Below, in pieces: positions 62,101 through 64,000 of a stretch of 64,000 nt of DNA. The position numbers and the translations under genes are program-made. Under the pieces are notes generated by a model. It was not told where the DNA came from. It did not search any database and saw only the letters and a program-made list of their open reading frames with translations. How positions within the stretch are numbered: position 1 is the stretch's first letter; the number at the start of each line of letters is the position of its first letter. The stretch is taken from contig JBHGNT010000002.1 in NCBI GenBank assembly GCA_043228905.1, positions 9,114,001-9,178,000 on the forward strand, read 5' to 3'. Source of the DNA: Azolla caroliniana (lineage: Eukaryota; Plantae; Polypodiophyta).

Positions 62101-64000
62101 GAAGAGTTGGCAGAGACATCCGGAAAAGAGCCAACAGTGAGTGGACGAAGGTACCCACTTAGAGAAAGGATGGCACCGATTACATATTCCAGTCAATACA
62201 TCCTCTTGACTGATGACGGTGAACCGGAGTGCTATGAAGAAGCCATTGCCAACGTGAGTAGAGAAAAATGGCTGAACGCGATGCAAGAGATGGAATCCTT
62301 GCACGTGAATTACACCTATGACCTAGTAGAGCTGCCGAAAGGTAAGAGAGCACTCAAGAATAAATGGGTCTACAAGGTGAAGACTGGAGAAGTCGACAGT
62401 GAGCCCAGGTATAAAGCCCGCATAGTGGTGAAGGGTTTTCAACAAAGGAAGGGCATCGACTTTGACGAAATATTCTCACCAGTCGTGAAGATGACATCGA
62501 TTCGAACTATTCTGAGCACAGCGGCCAGCATGGATCTGGAGATCGAACAGTTGGATGTCAAAACCGCATTTCTACACGGGGAGCTAGACGAAGAGATCTA
62601 CATGCAGCAACCCGAAGGCTTTGAGGAGAAAGGGAAGGAGAATCTGGTGTGTCGACTGAGGAAAAGTTTGTGCGGACTGAAACAAGCTCCATGCCAATGG
62701 TACAAGAAATTTGAGTCCTTCATGATGGAACATCGGTTCCAGAAAACACAAACCGATCATTGTGTGTTCGTCAAAAGGTACGAGGAAGGAGATTTCTTGA
62801 TTCTCTTGCTATATGTTGATGATATGTTGATAGTCGGTCAAGACACAAGGAAGATTGGAAGCTTGAAGAAAGCTCTTGGCAAATCTTTTGCCATGAAAAA
62901 CCTTGGACCGGTAAAGCAAATCCTAGGAATGCACAAAACCCGAGACAGAGCTCGGAAGGTGCTATGGTTGTCACAACAGAAGTATGTGACGAAGATGCTA
63001 GAGAGATTCAACATGTCAGACGCAAAGTTGGTCGGTTCAGTGTTGCCGACAAACTGCAGATTAAATGTGAAGCAGTGTCCGAAGGGACAGAAGGAAAAGG
63101 CTGAGATGAAGAAGGTACCATATGCCTCGACCGTCGGCAGTCTAATGTATGCTATGGTCTGTACGAGACCGGACATAGCATTTTCTGTGGGAGCAGTAAG
63201 CTGATATATGAGTAATCCAGGCAGAGAACACTGGGTAGCGGTGAAATGGATACTTAGGTACTTAAAGGGCACCTCGGGGGTGTGCCTAAGGTATGGTATC
63301 GGAAAACCTGTGCTGGAAGGTTTTACCGATTCGGACATGTTAGGAGATACCGACTCAAGCCAATCCACATCAGGGTACGTGATGACCTATGCAAGGGGAG
63401 CAGTGTCATGGCAGTCACGACTGCAGAAGTCTGTAACCTTGTCGACTACAGAGGTATAGAGTATATGGCAACGATAGAGGCCGGAAAAGAGCTGATCTGG
63501 ATGAGAAATTTTCTCACAAAACTAGGCATGAAGCAAAAGGAGTTCTTGCTTCATTGTGACAGCCAAAGCGCCATACACCTGGCCAAGAACGCAGCATACC
63601 ACTCTCGGACCAAGCACATACAAAGGAGGTATCACTGGTTACAAGAGAGAGTCGAAGATGGAGAGTTTGCTCTTGTGAAGATCCATACCGATGACAATGG
63701 ATCTGACATGCTGATGAAGAACCTACCTATGGACAGACTCAGAATTGGTCGACAAAATACAGGACTGACAAATTTCCTCCCACATGAGTGAAGGGGGAGT
63801 TTGTTGGGAATATGTTCCTCCAGTGGGAGGATGATCCAATTGTTCGGAAAGTTGACAATCAAAGAGTCGGAAAACAGGAGCTGAGTTGATGAGGAACTTA
63901 GCCGAGGCCGATAGGCCGAGGCCGAAACCGGAATCGAGTAAATAGCCAACTCATGAGACTATATTTGTAAATAGTCTTAGTGTGCGCCCCATGAGGGCTA
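59137..64000 (+). mobile_element. Ty1/Copia element: 5' LTR 59137-59675, PBS-Met, disrupted gag-pol 59704-63791, PPT, 3' LTR from 63802 running off the window
   Basis: TGTTGGGAATATG at 59137 and 63802; PBS TGGTATCAGAGC 59679-59690; CCHC, integrase, RT (YVDD) and RNase H motifs with multiple stops. Confidence 0.96.

Overview
Eukaryotic, repeat-dominated plant nuclear DNA, most likely a seed-free vascular plant such as a fern (inferred from Tcn1-like chromoviruses, a PLS-type PPR fragment and the TE families; not certain). The only intact host gene is a 14-exon, + strand CBL-interacting protein kinase (CIPK, about 28.9-34.2 kb; kinase plus NAF domain). The rest is nested, mostly decayed transposons: several Ty1/Copia elements, Tat/Athila-like and Tcn1-like Ty3/Gypsy elements, solo LTRs, L1/Tx1-like LINE pieces, one transposase-coding hAT and two non-autonomous hATs. 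No prokaryote-type system (CRISPR, operon) is present. The most notable signals are: (1) an LTR family that appears to insert specifically at ACGT with a 4-bp TSD; (2) a chromovirus with a Tf1-like 11-nt self-priming PBS; (3) antisense tRNA-like A/B-box modules in the U3 region of three different LTR families and in a hAT; (4) a hAT carrying a PPR fragment, inserted in the PBS of a Copia; (5) homologous candidate -1 frameshift signals in two chromoviruses. All calls were made by eye; coordinates of decayed elements are approximate and novelty could not be checked against databases.
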